From Enterococcus sp. (lineage in GTDB: Bacteria; Bacillota; Bacilli; Lactobacillales; Enterococcaceae): a stretch of DNA of 64,000 nt. Under the pieces are notes generated by a model, which was not told where the DNA came from, did not search any database, and worked only from the letters and a program-made list of their open reading frames with translations. Below are positions 21,707 through 32,700 of this stretch, in pieces (the first letter of the stretch is position 1; each line of letters begins with the position of its first letter). Position numbers and translations under genes: made by a program. The DNA is taken from assembly GCA_047975385.1 (NCBI GenBank), contig JBKEDL010000073.1, forward strand, positions 11,719-75,718. Reading direction: 5' to 3'.

Positions 21707-21986
21707 TGAATTGATTGGGGAAATCTACTGGGTGATTGGTAAGATTCAGTCAGATCCGGAATTGGAAGAAGAACTGTACCGGCTTAATTTCGATATTCGA
21801 AAAAATGGGGTGAAGGTCCCTGGTGATTCATATGTAATGGACGAGGAAACCGATGCTCGAATTGAGTTGAATCAGGTTATCAGTGAAATGGAACGGATTG
21901 CAGATCTTGCCAAAGAACCTGATATCCGCCAATACTTGTTTGAGATAAAAGCAGAGTTGGAAATTGAGGGTATTACTGCGGAGTAG
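21696..21986 (+). CDS. Acidic hypothetical protein
   Basis: GGAGG RBS; overlaps MTase end. Confidence 0.65.
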   Translation: MIYDELIGEIYWVIGKIQSDPELEEELYRLNFDIRKNGVKVPGDSYVMDEETDARIELNQVISEMERIADLAKEPDIRQYLFEIKAELEIEGITAE

Positions 21987-22094
21987 CAGCCAAATAAGCC
22001 ACTGATAGGCGCTGACCGCGGGGGATTTGCGAAGCAGAAATCCTCCGTGGTGCTGTGCCTGTTCATGGACGGCGTTAGCCGGCCATGATGTCTC

Positions 22095-22118
22095 ACCCCC
22101 CGTATCTAACAGGGGGGT
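22095..22118 (+). other. oriT/nic site (MOBT type)
   Basis: ACCCCCCGTATCTAACAGGGGGGT, the Tn916-type nic hairpin with CTAA loop, upstream of the relaxase. Confidence 0.9.
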
Positions 22119-22191
22119 ACAAAAACACAAAAAACAAGCAAGTAACGATTGAGAATTGCTGGTGTATCAAGGGAAATTAACGATTTGATTC

Positions 22192-22230
22192 AGTGTGAAG
22201 TATTCGTCAATTACTTCACACTTTTGCTTT
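22192..22230 (+). terminator. Hairpin/terminator before the relaxase RBS
   Basis: AGTGTGAAGTA...TACTTCACACT-TTTGCTTT. Confidence 0.6.
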
Positions 22231-22243
22231 AGGAGGTGATTAT

Positions 22244-23428
22244 TTGGCGAAAAGAAATTTAAGCAAGGAATTGCTAAAAGAAAAGCGTAAGAATTATAAG
22301 GTTTCGCAGAACAAATTAGCTGTCGCATGTAATTTGACTCGAGAATATATCAACAAGATTGAATCAGGTCTACTTACACCATCCGCAAAGACCATGAGAA
22401 AAATTTTTGACCAACTGGAAAGTTTCAATCCCGATTTGCCTTTGACATTACTGTTTGACTATGTAAGGATTCGTTTCCCCACAACGGATGTACGGAAAAT
22501 TATACAAGAAATTCTCCATTTAAAATTTGAGTATATGCTCCATGAAGATTACGCCTTTTACTCCTATCAAGAACAATATGTCATGGGCGATATTGTGGTG
22601 ATGGTGTCTCATGAAGAAGATAAAGGCGTTCTTTTGGAATTAAAAGGGCGAGGTTGTCGACAGTTTGAAACTTTTTTACTTGCTCAAAAGCGTAGCTGGT
22701 ACGACTTTTTCGGAGATTGTCTAAAAGCCGGTGGCGTGATGAAACGTTTGGACTTGGCAATCAATGATCGAGTGGGGCTATTGAATATTCCAGATTTAAC
22801 GAAAAAATGTCAGAAGGAAGAATGTATCTCCTTGTTTCGTACCTTTAAAAGTTACCGTTCCGGGGAACTGTTGAAAGCTGATGAAAAGGATGGTATGGGC
22901 AATACCTTATATATAGGCAGTCTCAAAAGTGAGGTTTACTTCTGTTTGTACGAAAAAGATTATGAACAATATATCAAGTTAGGGATTCCATTAGACCAGA
23001 CCGAAACGAAAAATCGCTTTGAGATTCGACTGAAAAATGACCGCGCTTATCATGCGATTCAAGATTTGTTAAAAGGTCGTAGCATTGAAAGTACCACATT
23101 TTCCATTATCAACCGTTACTTGCGATTTGCGGATAAGGTGGAAGGAAAACGGCGAACCAATTGGCCCTTGAATGAACAATGGGGTCGCTTTATTGGACGG
23201 CATCGCAAGGAAATTCAATTAACTTCTGAGCCGAAACCGTACACCATTGAACGAACCTTGAATTGGCTTGGACGACAAGTCGCTCCTACGTGGAAGATGG
23301 CCAAGGAGTTGGATCGGTTGAATCAGACAACCTATATCCAGGATATGGTACAGAATGCACACTTATCAGACCGGCACAAAAAGATTTTGGAGCAACAAAG
23401 TATGGCAATTGAAAACCTGATTATATGA
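22244..23428 (+). CDS. MOBT relaxase (Orf20/NicK-like) with N-terminal XRE HTH
   Basis: DYVRIRF, LELKGRGCRQFE, RLDLAIND, TLYIGS, YEKDYE, NRFEIRL. Confidence 0.95.
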   Translation: MAKRNLSKELLKEKRKNYKVSQNKLAVACNLTREYINKIESGLLTPSAKTMRKIFDQLESFNPDLPLTLLFDYVRIRFPTTDVRKIIQEILHLKFEYMLHEDYAFYSYQEQYVMGDIVVMVSHEEDKGVLLELKGRGCRQFETFLLAQKRSWYDFFGDCLKAGGVMKRLDLAINDRVGLLNIPDLTKKCQKEECISLFRTFKSYRSGELLKADEKDGMGNTLYIGSLKSEVYFCLYEKDYEQYIKLGIPLDQTETKNRFEIRLKNDRAYHAIQDLLKGRSIESTTFSIINRYLRFADKVEGKRRTNWPLNEQWGRFIGRHRKEIQLTSEPKPYTIERTLNWLGRQVAPTWKMAKELDRLNQTTYIQDMVQNAHLSDRHKKILEQQSMAIENLII

Positions 23429-23442
23429 AAAGAGGAATGGTC

Positions 23443-23562
23443 ATGGGAATTGTAAAAGATATGTTATTGATATTTGGTGGCAGTATGCTTGGTGTTACTG
23501 TGATGTGCTTGATGAACGCAAGTGCAGCGGCAGACCGAGCAATGGAAAAGAAAGGAAAGTGA
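23443..23562 (+). CDS. Small membrane protein, DUF3789-like (39 aa, not in ORF track)
   Basis: AGAGGA RBS; MGIVKDMLLIFGGSMLGVTVMCLMNAS... Confidence 0.6.
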   Translation: MGIVKDMLLIFGGSMLGVTVMCLMNASAAADRAMEKKGK

Positions 23563-23566
23563 CGAG

Positions 23567-23788
23567 ATGAATTTCGGACAAAATTTGTATCAATGGTTTT
23601 TAACCAATGCTCAATCTTTAGTTTTACTAGCGATTGTGGTCATTGGTTTGTTTTTAGGATTTAAGCGGGAGTTTTCCAAACTGATTGGCTTCTTAGTGAT
23701 TGCCTTGGTTGCGGTAGGTCTGGTCTTTAATGCTTCTGGTGTGAAAGATGTCTTACTCAATTTGTTTAACCGAATTGTCGGTGCGTAA
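23567..23788 (+). CDS. Tn916 Orf19-like membrane protein
   Basis: MNFGQNLYQWFLTNAQSLVLLAIVVIG, 73 aa. Confidence 0.9.
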   Translation: MNFGQNLYQWFLTNAQSLVLLAIVVIGLFLGFKREFSKLIGFLVIALVAVGLVFNASGVKDVLLNLFNRIVGA

Positions 23789-23799
23789 GGAGAATCGCT

Positions 23800-24300
23800 A
23801 TGGAACAGATGCGTATTTATATTGCGAACCTTGGAAAATACAATGAAGGTGAGTTGGTGGGGGCGTGGTTTACCCCACCTGTCGATTTAGATGAAGTCAA
23901 AGAACGGATTGGATTAAATGACGAATACGAAGAGTACGCGATTCATGATTATGAACTGCCTTTTGAAATTGATGAATATACAACAATTGAAGAAATTAAT
24001 CGGTTGTGTGGCTTAGCAGAGGAATTAGAAGGAACGCCGATTGGTGAGGTTGCTTTAGAGATTCAGCATGCTTTCTTCAATTCTTTTGAGGAAATGGTGG
24101 AGCATGTGGACGATATTATCTGTTATCCCGATTGTAATGATATGGAAGATTTAGCTTATCAAATGGTAAATGAGGGGCTTTTAGGAGATGCTCCGGAAAA
24201 CTTTGTAAGGTATTTCAACTATTCTTCTTTTGCACGTGACTTGGAAATTGAAGGAAACTATTTAGTTACTAATCGTGGGATATTTGAATATACCGGTTAA
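23800..24300 (+). CDS. ardA: Antirestriction protein ArdA (Orf18-like)
   Basis: IYIANLGKYNEGELVGAWF, YAIHDYE, FARDL; highly acidic. Confidence 0.95.
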   Translation: MEQMRIYIANLGKYNEGELVGAWFTPPVDLDEVKERIGLNDEYEEYAIHDYELPFEIDEYTTIEEINRLCGLAEELEGTPIGEVALEIQHAFFNSFEEMVEHVDDIICYPDCNDMEDLAYQMVNEGLLGDAPENFVRYFNYSSFARDLEIEGNYLVTNRGIFEYTG

Positions 24301-24334
24301 TGGGATAAGATATTCAATAAAAGGGGGAGATCAA

Positions 24335-24757
24335 ATGTATGAAGATTATACAAGACAAGCGGTTCCAGAAAGGCACTATAGGGAATTAGTAGGAACTGCA
24401 GTGACAGTATTTAATTCAAATAATTCCTTTATTATTGAAAATATTTTAAGAATTACTGTTGATAAGTATTCATGGCATACACTAATAGACTACACTTCGG
24501 GAAGATTAAATAATGAAGTTAAAAATGTGTTAGAAGAATGCTCTCATCAAAATATTGTTGAGTTGTTTTCAGAATTAATTAGTATGAGAAATCGAATCAT
24601 TCATAGCTTTCAGATTACTAATTCTAGTGGAAAACAGGTATTAGCTACTAAGGAAAAAAACGGCAATCAATTTGAAGTAACAGAAGAATATTTGATGCAG
24701 TTCATTAAAAAAAATGAACAATTGTCTTTGATGTTACATGAATTTCGTGGATTTTAA
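24335..24757 (+). CDS. Hypothetical protein with HEPN-type R-x4-H motif
   Basis: GGGGGAG RBS; MRNRIIHS; AT-rich insert between ardA and the orf17 homolog. Confidence 0.7.
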   Translation: MYEDYTRQAVPERHYRELVGTAVTVFNSNNSFIIENILRITVDKYSWHTLIDYTSGRLNNEVKNVLEECSHQNIVELFSELISMRNRIIHSFQITNSSGKQVLATKEKNGNQFEVTEEYLMQFIKKNEQLSLMLHEFRGF

Positions 24758-24764
24758 TAATGCC

Positions 24765-24801
24765 AAAACAAGGAAGTCAATTTTTTTGATTTCCTTGTTT
24801 T
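24765..24801 (+). terminator. Terminator of the inserted gene
   Basis: AAAACAAGGAAGTCAA...TTGATTTCCTTGTTTT. Confidence 0.75.
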
Positions 24802-24816
24802 CATATAGAGGATGAT

Positions 24817-25209
24817 TTGATGAAAAAAATAAAAAGTTACACCAGTATCTGGGCAGTTGAAAAAGTCATTTACGCGATCAATGACTTTCAGCTTCCTTTT
24901 CCTGTGACCTTTAATCAGATGGCTTGGTTTGTTTTATCCTTGCTGTTTGTCATCGTATTTGCCCATGTGCCTCCACTATCTATGATAGAGGGGGCTTTTT
25001 TAAAATACTTAGGCATACCGGTAGCGGTTACTTGGTTTATGTCGCAAAAGACGTTTGACGGAAAGAAACCATTAGGATTTTTACGATCCTTTATCAGCTA
25101 TCACTTACGATTTAAGGTCACTTTTGCGGGAAAGAAAGTCAAAGAACAAAAGAAACGATGGGACGAACCCATTACTCTTGTAAGGAGTGTGAATTATGTA
25201 CCCGATTAA
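24817..25209 (+). CDS. TcpE/Orf17-like conjugation membrane protein
   Basis: KKIKSYTSIWAVEKVIY, KTFDGKKP. Confidence 0.9.
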   Translation: MMKKIKSYTSIWAVEKVIYAINDFQLPFPVTFNQMAWFVLSLLFVIVFAHVPPLSMIEGAFLKYLGIPVAVTWFMSQKTFDGKKPLGFLRSFISYHLRFKVTFAGKKVKEQKKRWDEPITLVRSVNYVPD

Positions 25210-27643
25210 GTATATTGAAAATAATCTTGTGTTTAACCAAGAAGGTGAGTGTTTTGCCTACTATGAGTTAGTGCCTTACAATTACTCCTTTTTGTCACCG
25301 GAACAAAAATATCAAGTACATGATAACTTTCGCCAGTTGATTGCGCAAAATCGTGAAGGCAAGATCCATGCCTTACAAATTGCTACAGAAAGTAGTATAC
25401 GAGCCACACAAGAACGATCAAAAAAAGAAATTACGGGTAGACTCAAAGAAGTAGCGAAACAACGAATTGACCTTCAAACAGATGCATTAGTATCCATGAT
25501 TGGCGATAGTCAGATTGATTATCGCTTTTTTATTGGCTTCAAACTGATTGCGACAGATGAAGAAGTAAATCTAAAAAGTCTCAAGAAATCTTTCTTTTCT
25601 GGATTTCAAGAATTTATCTATGGAGTGAATCATCATTTGATGGGCGATTTTGTTTCCTTATCCAATGAAGAAGTTCGCCGATATACCAAGCTTGAAAAAC
25701 TGATGGAAAGCAAGCTGGCTAGAAGATTCAAAGTCAGACGAGTCACACCGAGTGATCTAACTTACTTGATTGAACATATCTATGGTGAAAAAGGTACACC
25801 GTTTGAAGAATATAAATTTCAGCTACCAAAGAAAAAGCTGAAGTCGGAAACTTTGGTGAAACGTTACGACTTATTACGTCCCACTCGTTGCTTGATTGAA
25901 GAAAAGCCCCGTTACTTACGGATTGAACATGAAAATCATGAATCGTACGTAGCTTACTTAACTATCAATACAATTGCGGGAGAAATGGAGTTTCCTTCCT
26001 CAGAACTTTTCTATTACCAGCAACAACAATTCACTTTTCCGATTGATACTTCAATGAATGTAGAGATTGTGACGAACAAAAAGGCACTTGCTACCGTTCG
26101 CAATAAGAAAAAGGAATTGAAAGACTTAGACAACCATGCCTATCAATCTGACAATGAAACGAATTCCAATGTTTTAGATGCGTTGGATTCTGTGGATGAG
26201 TTGGAAACTACTTTGGATCAGTCGAAAGAATCCATGTATAAACTGAGTTATGTGGTTCGGGTGAGTGCCGAATCAGTGGATGAATTAAAACGCCGCTGTG
26301 ATGAAGTGTTCGATTTTTATGACGATACTAATGTAAAACTAGTCCGTCCTTTTGGCGATATGATGGGTTTACATGAAGAGTTTTTACCCTCAAGCAAACG
26401 CTACATGAACGACTATATCCAGTATGTGACGTCTGACTTTCTAGCGGGACTTGGTTTTGGGGCTACTCAGATGCTAGGTGAATTAGAAAGTATTTACTTT
26501 GGCTACAATGTAGATACGGGTCGTAATGTTTATCTCAAGCCGGCATTGGCTTCACAAGGGGTAAAGGGTTCAGTTACCAATGCTTTGGCAGCTGCTTTCC
26601 TTGGTTCGTTAGGTGGCGGAAAATCCTTTAGTAACAATCTCTTGGTCTACTATGCTGTTTTGTTCGGTGGGCAAGCTGTGATTGTCGATCCAAAAGGGGA
26701 GCGTGGAGGATGGAAAGAGACCTTGCCAGAAATTGCGGATGAAATCAATATTCTCAACTTAACTAGTAAGCCAGAAAATCAAGGTCTGCTTGATCCTTAC
26801 GTGATTATGAAGAAAAAGAAGGACTCGGAAAGTCTAGTGATTGATATCCTAACCTTTTTAACAGGAATTTCCAGTCGAGATGGGGATAAATTTCCAGTGT
26901 TGCGCAAGGCCATTCGGACGGTTACCCAAAGTAATCAACGAGGATTATTACAAGTAATCGTTGAATTGCGTAAAGATGGTTCGTCAATCGCAGAAAATAT
27001 CGCCGATCACATCGAGTCTTTTACCGATTATGATTTTGCCCATTTGCTTTTCTCAGATGGTTCGATTACTCAATCGATTAGTTTAGACAAACAGTTGAAT
27101 ATCATTCAAGTGGCGGATTTAGTTTTACCAGATGCAGAAACGACTTTTGAGGAATACACCACCATGGAATTGCTTAGTGTTTCAATGTTAATCGTCATTT
27201 CGACTTTTGCCTTGGACTTTATCCATAGCAACAGAGAAATCTTCAAGATTGTGGACCTGGATGAGGCTTGGTCATTTCTTCAAGTAGCGCAAGGAAAGAC
27301 GTTATCGAATAAACTTGTGCGTGCTGGTCGGGCCATGAATGCCGGTGTTTACTTTGTCACGCAAAATAGTGACGATTTACTGGATGAACGCTTGAAGAAT
27401 AATATCGGATTGAAATTTGCTTTTCGAAGTACCGATATTCATGAAATTAAGAAAACCTTGGAATTTTTTGGATTGGATCAAGAAGATGAAAGCAATCAAA
27501 AACGCCTGCGAGATTTGGAAAACGGCCAATGCTTGATGCAAGATTTGTATGGTCGAGTAGGTGTGGTCCAAGTTCACCCAGTCTTTGAAGAACTCTTCCA
27601 TGCTTTTGATACCCGTCCGCCTGTTCAAGAGAGAATGGAGTGA
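25196..27643 (+). CDS. VirB4-like ATPase (Orf16/ConE)
   Basis: GSLGGGKS, VDPKGE, DLDEAW, FDTRPP. Confidence 0.95.
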   Translation: MYPIKYIENNLVFNQEGECFAYYELVPYNYSFLSPEQKYQVHDNFRQLIAQNREGKIHALQIATESSIRATQERSKKEITGRLKEVAKQRIDLQTDALVSMIGDSQIDYRFFIGFKLIATDEEVNLKSLKKSFFSGFQEFIYGVNHHLMGDFVSLSNEEVRRYTKLEKLMESKLARRFKVRRVTPSDLTYLIEHIYGEKGTPFEEYKFQLPKKKLKSETLVKRYDLLRPTRCLIEEKPRYLRIEHENHESYVAYLTINTIAGEMEFPSSELFYYQQQQFTFPIDTSMNVEIVTNKKALATVRNKKKELKDLDNHAYQSDNETNSNVLDALDSVDELETTLDQSKESMYKLSYVVRVSAESVDELKRRCDEVFDFYDDTNVKLVRPFGDMMGLHEEFLPSSKRYMNDYIQYVTSDFLAGLGFGATQMLGELESIYFGYNVDTGRNVYLKPALASQGVKGSVTNALAAAFLGSLGGGKSFSNNLLVYYAVLFGGQAVIVDPKGERGGWKETLPEIADEINILNLTSKPENQGLLDPYVIMKKKKDSESLVIDILTFLTGISSRDGDKFPVLRKAIRTVTQSNQRGLLQVIVELRKDGSSIAENIADHIESFTDYDFAHLLFSDGSITQSISLDKQLNIIQVADLVLPDAETTFEEYTTMELLSVSMLIVISTFALDFIHSNREIFKIVDLDEAWSFLQVAQGKTLSNKLVRAGRAMNAGVYFVTQNSDDLLDERLKNNIGLKFAFRSTDIHEIKKTLEFFGLDQEDESNQKRLRDLENGQCLMQDLYGRVGVVQVHPVFEELFHAFDTRPPVQERME

Positions 27644-27647
27644 GGGT

Positions 27648-29771
27648 ATGAAAAAGAAACTTTTTCGGATTGTAGGAATCGTTTTTATTAGCATCATCAC
27701 TCTGATAGTTCTATTGAGTTTAATCGGTACGGTAGCTGAGGCGACAGGGCTAGTTGATGATACAGTGGAAGCAGGAAATCTATATTCCAAATATTCACTG
27801 AACAACTATCAACTAGATTTTTTTGTGGATAGTTCATGGGATTGGCTACCGTGGAATTGGGGCGATGGCTTAGGCAAGAGCGTAATGTACGGACTTTATG
27901 CCATTACAAATTTCATTTGGACGGTAAGTTTGTATTTATCGAATGCCACGGGCTATGTAGTTCAAGAAGCCTACAAGTTGGACTTCATTTCAGACACGGC
28001 TGAAAGTATTGGGAAAAACATTCAGACATTAGCAGGTATTACCGAAAATGGACTACAGACCTCGGGATTTTACTTTGGGTTTCTATTATTGATGATTTTG
28101 GCTCTGGGGGTGTATGTGGCGTATACCGGATTATTAAAACGAGAAACCACGAAAGCAGTCCGGGCCGTGATTAATTTTGTGATGATTTTTCTACTTTCAG
28201 GTTCATTTATTGCGTATGCGCCTACTTATATCACAAAAATTAACGACTTTAGTTCAGATATTAGTGAAACGGCCCTTAGTCTTGGAACAGAGCTCGTTGT
28301 ACCGAATTCGGAAAGCCAGGGAAAAGACAGTGTGGATTTGATTCGAGACAGTTTATTTTCGATTCAAGTCCAACAACCCTGGTTACTATTACAATTTGAT
28401 GATTCTAATATAGAAGAAATTGGCGAAGATCGTGTCAATAATATTCTATCCGTGAGTCCGGATGAAAATAAAGGCAAAGATCGGGAAGAAGCGGTCAAAG
28501 TCGAGATTGAAGACAATGACAATGCGAATTTAAGTATTACCAAGACCATGAACCGCTTAGGAACCGTGGTCTTTTTAGTATTGTTCAATATTGGCATATC
28601 CTTCTTTGTCTTTCTCCTAACCGGGATTATGTTGTTCTCGCAAATTCTCTTCATTATCTTTGCGATGTTTCTGCCAATTAGTTTCTTATTGTCCATGTTG
28701 CCGACTTATGAAAGTTTGGGAAAGAAGGCGATTATTCGCTTATTCAACACGATTATGATGCGAGCGGGAGTGACCTTGGTGATTACGACTGCATTTAGTA
28801 TTTCTACCATGTTTTTCAATATTTCGGCCACTTATCCCTTCTTCATGGTAGCTTTTCTACAAATTGTGACCTTTGCCGGCATCTATTTCAAATTGGGTGA
28901 CATTATGAGCATGTTCAACCTTCAAAGTAATGATAGCCAATCGATGGGAAGACGGGTCATGCGAAAACCCCAAATGTTGATGAACCGTAAATTGCGACAA
29001 CTTAATCGCAATGTGGGACGAACTTTAGCTTTTGGTGGAGGTGCAGCAGTCGGTAATAAGCTAACAAAGGAACAATCAAAATCCAAATTTAAGCCATCCG
29101 ATTCTTCTCTACGAAAGAATTCACGATTACCTAACGATCACGAGGTACCATCTGACTCAACTAAGGAGAATCCAGTTTCAAATAATAAGAAACAATCTCG
29201 AATGAATTTGGCCGGGAGAAAAATAGGCAAAGTTGCGGATACCCAAGCTTTGGTGAAAGATAAGACCAAACAAGTAAAGGATCAGGTACAAAATACACCA
29301 ACTAGCTTGAAATACAACCTCCATAAAGGGATTGAAAAGACGAAAAAAGCACCAGAAGAGTTCAAGCGTGGACTGGTTCAAGAAAAAGCAGAGCGAGGAG
29401 AGTTGCGAGAAAAACAACGACAACGTAGAGACGAAAAAATGGCTGAAAAGCGCAAGGCATTGAACGAAGCAGGAAATCGTCATGGGAAAAGAAGGGGAAA
29501 TGTTCCAATAAAAACAGAGCACCAACCTCAAAAAGATAAGACGCCGAAGAAAGAAGTATCAAAGCGGATTGTAAAAGGCAATCCGAATCCCGAAATCAAA
29601 CGAAAACTCGCTAGTCAAGAAATCATTTCAAAAGGGAAAAGCCAATCATCAAGTAAGAAAAATTCTTTCCAACAAGTGAAACAGCGGTCTACTCTGTCCA
29701 AGCGAACTAATCAAAAAGTACAAAAAAGAATGAACCCTCGTCCAAAATCAAGGTCAGGTGAGAAAAAATGA
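27648..29771 (+). CDS. Polytopic conjugation membrane protein (Orf15/ConG-like)
   Basis: YQLDFFVD, QQPWLLLQF, many TM helices, basic tail. Confidence 0.9.
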   Translation: MKKKLFRIVGIVFISIITLIVLLSLIGTVAEATGLVDDTVEAGNLYSKYSLNNYQLDFFVDSSWDWLPWNWGDGLGKSVMYGLYAITNFIWTVSLYLSNATGYVVQEAYKLDFISDTAESIGKNIQTLAGITENGLQTSGFYFGFLLLMILALGVYVAYTGLLKRETTKAVRAVINFVMIFLLSGSFIAYAPTYITKINDFSSDISETALSLGTELVVPNSESQGKDSVDLIRDSLFSIQVQQPWLLLQFDDSNIEEIGEDRVNNILSVSPDENKGKDREEAVKVEIEDNDNANLSITKTMNRLGTVVFLVLFNIGISFFVFLLTGIMLFSQILFIIFAMFLPISFLLSMLPTYESLGKKAIIRLFNTIMMRAGVTLVITTAFSISTMFFNISATYPFFMVAFLQIVTFAGIYFKLGDIMSMFNLQSNDSQSMGRRVMRKPQMLMNRKLRQLNRNVGRTLAFGGGAAVGNKLTKEQSKSKFKPSDSSLRKNSRLPNDHEVPSDSTKENPVSNNKKQSRMNLAGRKIGKVADTQALVKDKTKQVKDQVQNTPTSLKYNLHKGIEKTKKAPEEFKRGLVQEKAERGELREKQRQRRDEKMAEKRKALNEAGNRHGKRRGNVPIKTEHQPQKDKTPKKEVSKRIVKGNPNPEIKRKLASQEIISKGKSQSSSKKNSFQQVKQRSTLSKRTNQKVQKRMNPRPKSRSGEKK

Positions 29772-32700
29772 ACGTAAAGAAATTAAGTATCATTTCGTTA
29801 ACCTTTCTGGCCATCTCCTTTATGGGAATCTTGATGTGTGTGGGTTTGTTATTTGGGGAAGACAGTGAAGGAAGTAGTAGTTCTGGGATATCTTCAGGAG
29901 GAAGCAGTGTCTCAGAAGAAGTTTTGAAACACCGTGCAATGGTGGAAAAGTATGCCAAAGAATCGGATATAACAGAGTATATCCCAATTCTTTTGGCGAT
30001 TATTCAAGTGGAATCTGGTGGCACAATGGAAGACGTTATGCAAAGTTCTGAGTCGGCCGGCTTACCACCGAATTCATTAAGTATCGAGGCATCCATTAAA
30101 CAAGGGTGTCTCTATTTTGCGTCTTTAGTTAAGCGTTCCAAAGAGTTAGGGTGTGATCAAGATAGTATCATTCAGGCTTATAACTATGGTGGTGGGTATT
30201 TGGATCATGTCGCGAAAAACGGGAAGAAGCATAGTTTTGCTTTAGCTGAATCTTTTTCAAAGGAAAAATCGGGTGGCCAAAAAGTAGACTACCCCAACCC
30301 AATAGCGATTAAGGAAAATGGTGGGTGGCGGTATAACTATGGCAATATGTTTTATTGCTTATTAGTGAAGCAATACCTAACTACAACACAGTTTGATGAT
30401 AAAACCGTCCAAGGAATTTTTGACGAGGCGTTTAAGTATGAAGGAACAGCCTATGTATTTGGTGGATCAAGTCCCGAAACGGGGTTTGATTGTAGTGGAT
30501 TGACCCAATGGTGTTATGCCAAAGTTGGTTTGAAACTCCCACGGGTGGCTCAGGATCAATATGATGCCATGACCCATATTGATCTAAAAGATGCCAAACC
30601 AGGTGATTTAGTTTTCTTTCATTCAACCTATGATGCTGGTACTTATGTAACCCATGTCGGTATTTATGCAGGAGAGAATCGTATGTATCACGCGGGAGAT
30701 CGTGTGAGACGTTCCTAACTGAAAAGGTTAGGCAGTTACAACCTCACAAAAATGAATGTTGTAACGAGAACTGATAATTTGAAAAGTCGAATGAAGGGGT
30801 AACGCCCTGAAAGGCTTTAGCTAAAACTGCGACAGGCGATAAATCATTAAGGTTTTCATGGTCTGAAGCTCGCAGAAGTCGACTGAGAAGACACCCTAAT
30901 CGTATTTTGAAAATACGAAAGGAAATGCGAACTAGAGGTAGTCGAGTGTCCGATAGGTCGGGCTTCCATAAAATACTCATGGTAAGAATGTGCGAAAAAG
31001 CACTGACGAAATTCTGAATGTACGTGTCTATACCGCGAAGTTGTCTAACGGCAACTGCTACAAATCGTAGGGTTTGTGGGGTGGAGTAAAACTGGTCACT
31101 ATGAAACTCCCTATATCGTTACAGGCGATATCAAGCAAACAGGCACAGAGGAATTACCTAAAAGTATTATGTACGGATAGAATTATCGGAACGTCGTAAG
31201 CTGAAAACATGGATACGCTTATTCGTAAATGAAGTGTTTGTAAGGAAAAGTATTGACCATAACTTACATTAATTTCAGTGAAAGTGGTGGCACAGTACCT
31301 TTGAAGCAGTGACAACAAGCTGTGGAGGGATAGCCACTAGTCAACAGTAATTCAATCTATTTGATTGTTCATGAATTAGGTTCGGGTAAGACTAAGATAG
31401 GAAAACTTCATTTTATGGAGGGAACCAACTAATGACAGTCAAAGCTAGTAACAAAAAGGCACTGAGGTTCAATGAGTATTACGATGCTCAGAAAATTCAA
31501 GACGAACTTTATCAATTGTCTGCCGAAGGCAAACATATTTTTAGAGATTTAATGAGCTATATCACACAAGAAGAAAATATTTTATTGGCTTATCGGAATA
31601 TCAAAAGTAATAAAGGCAGTAAAACTGCTGGAACAAATAAAAGAACTATCATCGATGTTGGTCAAGAAAATCCAGCTCAATTAGTTCAATATGTTCAAAA
31701 AAGATTTACTAACTTTCAACCCCACACTATCAGAAGAGTAGAAATTCCAAAGCCTAATGGTAAAACTAGACCGCTAGGAATTCCAACAATTGAGGATAGA
31801 TTAGTACAGCAATGTATAAAGCAAATTCTTGAACCAATTTTGGAAGCGAAATTCTACAAACATTCTTATGGGTTTCGACCAGAAAGAAGTTCCCATCATG
31901 CCATAGCGATATTTCAGCAATGGTCATATAAAGGTTTTCACTATGTAGTGGATATCGATATTAAAGGCTTTTTTGATGATGTGGATCACGGAAAACTGCT
32001 CAAGCAACTCTGGACACTGAAAATTCAAGACAAAACATTCATTTCTGTATTATCGAGAATGCTCAAAGCAGAGGTAAAAGGAATTGGAAGGTCAATCAAA
32101 GGAACGCCACAAGGCGGTATCCTGTCACCTCTTTTAGCCAACGTAGTGCTAAACGAATTAGACTGGTGGATAGACAGTCAGTGGGACGGATTTCCAACTA
32201 AAAGAGAATATAGTAGTTTGTTGGGCAAAACCCAATCGATCAGAAAGTATTCCAAACTAAAGGAAATCAAAATTGTCCGTTACACAGATGATTTCAAAAT
32301 TATGTGTAAAGACTACCACACAGCTCAAAAAATCTTTATCGCTACAAAGCAGTGGCTAAAAGAACGGCTTAGTCTAGATATAAGTCCAGAAAAATCAAAG
32401 GTAACAAATTTGAGAAAAAATTACTCAGATTTTCTAGGATTCAAGTTGAAGGTGAAAAAAGGAAAAGCAAACAAATATACAAACCGAAGTCGAATGTGTG
32501 ATAAAGCAAAGAAAAGCGCGGTCGATAAATTAAAAAATAATATCAAAACAATCGCCGTTAACCCAACTGTAGATAATGTAAATAAATACAACTCCGTTGT
32601 CCTAGGCTTGCATAACTACTATAAAATTGCGACTCTAGTCAACTTAGATTTTGTGGATATTGCTTTCACAGTTAATAAAAGTCTTGATTGTCGAACCAAA

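Noticed and set aside
17818..21986. Complete type II restriction-modification system
   Set aside because: No endonuclease-like ORF nearby; the adjacent 96-aa acidic protein has no nuclease motif
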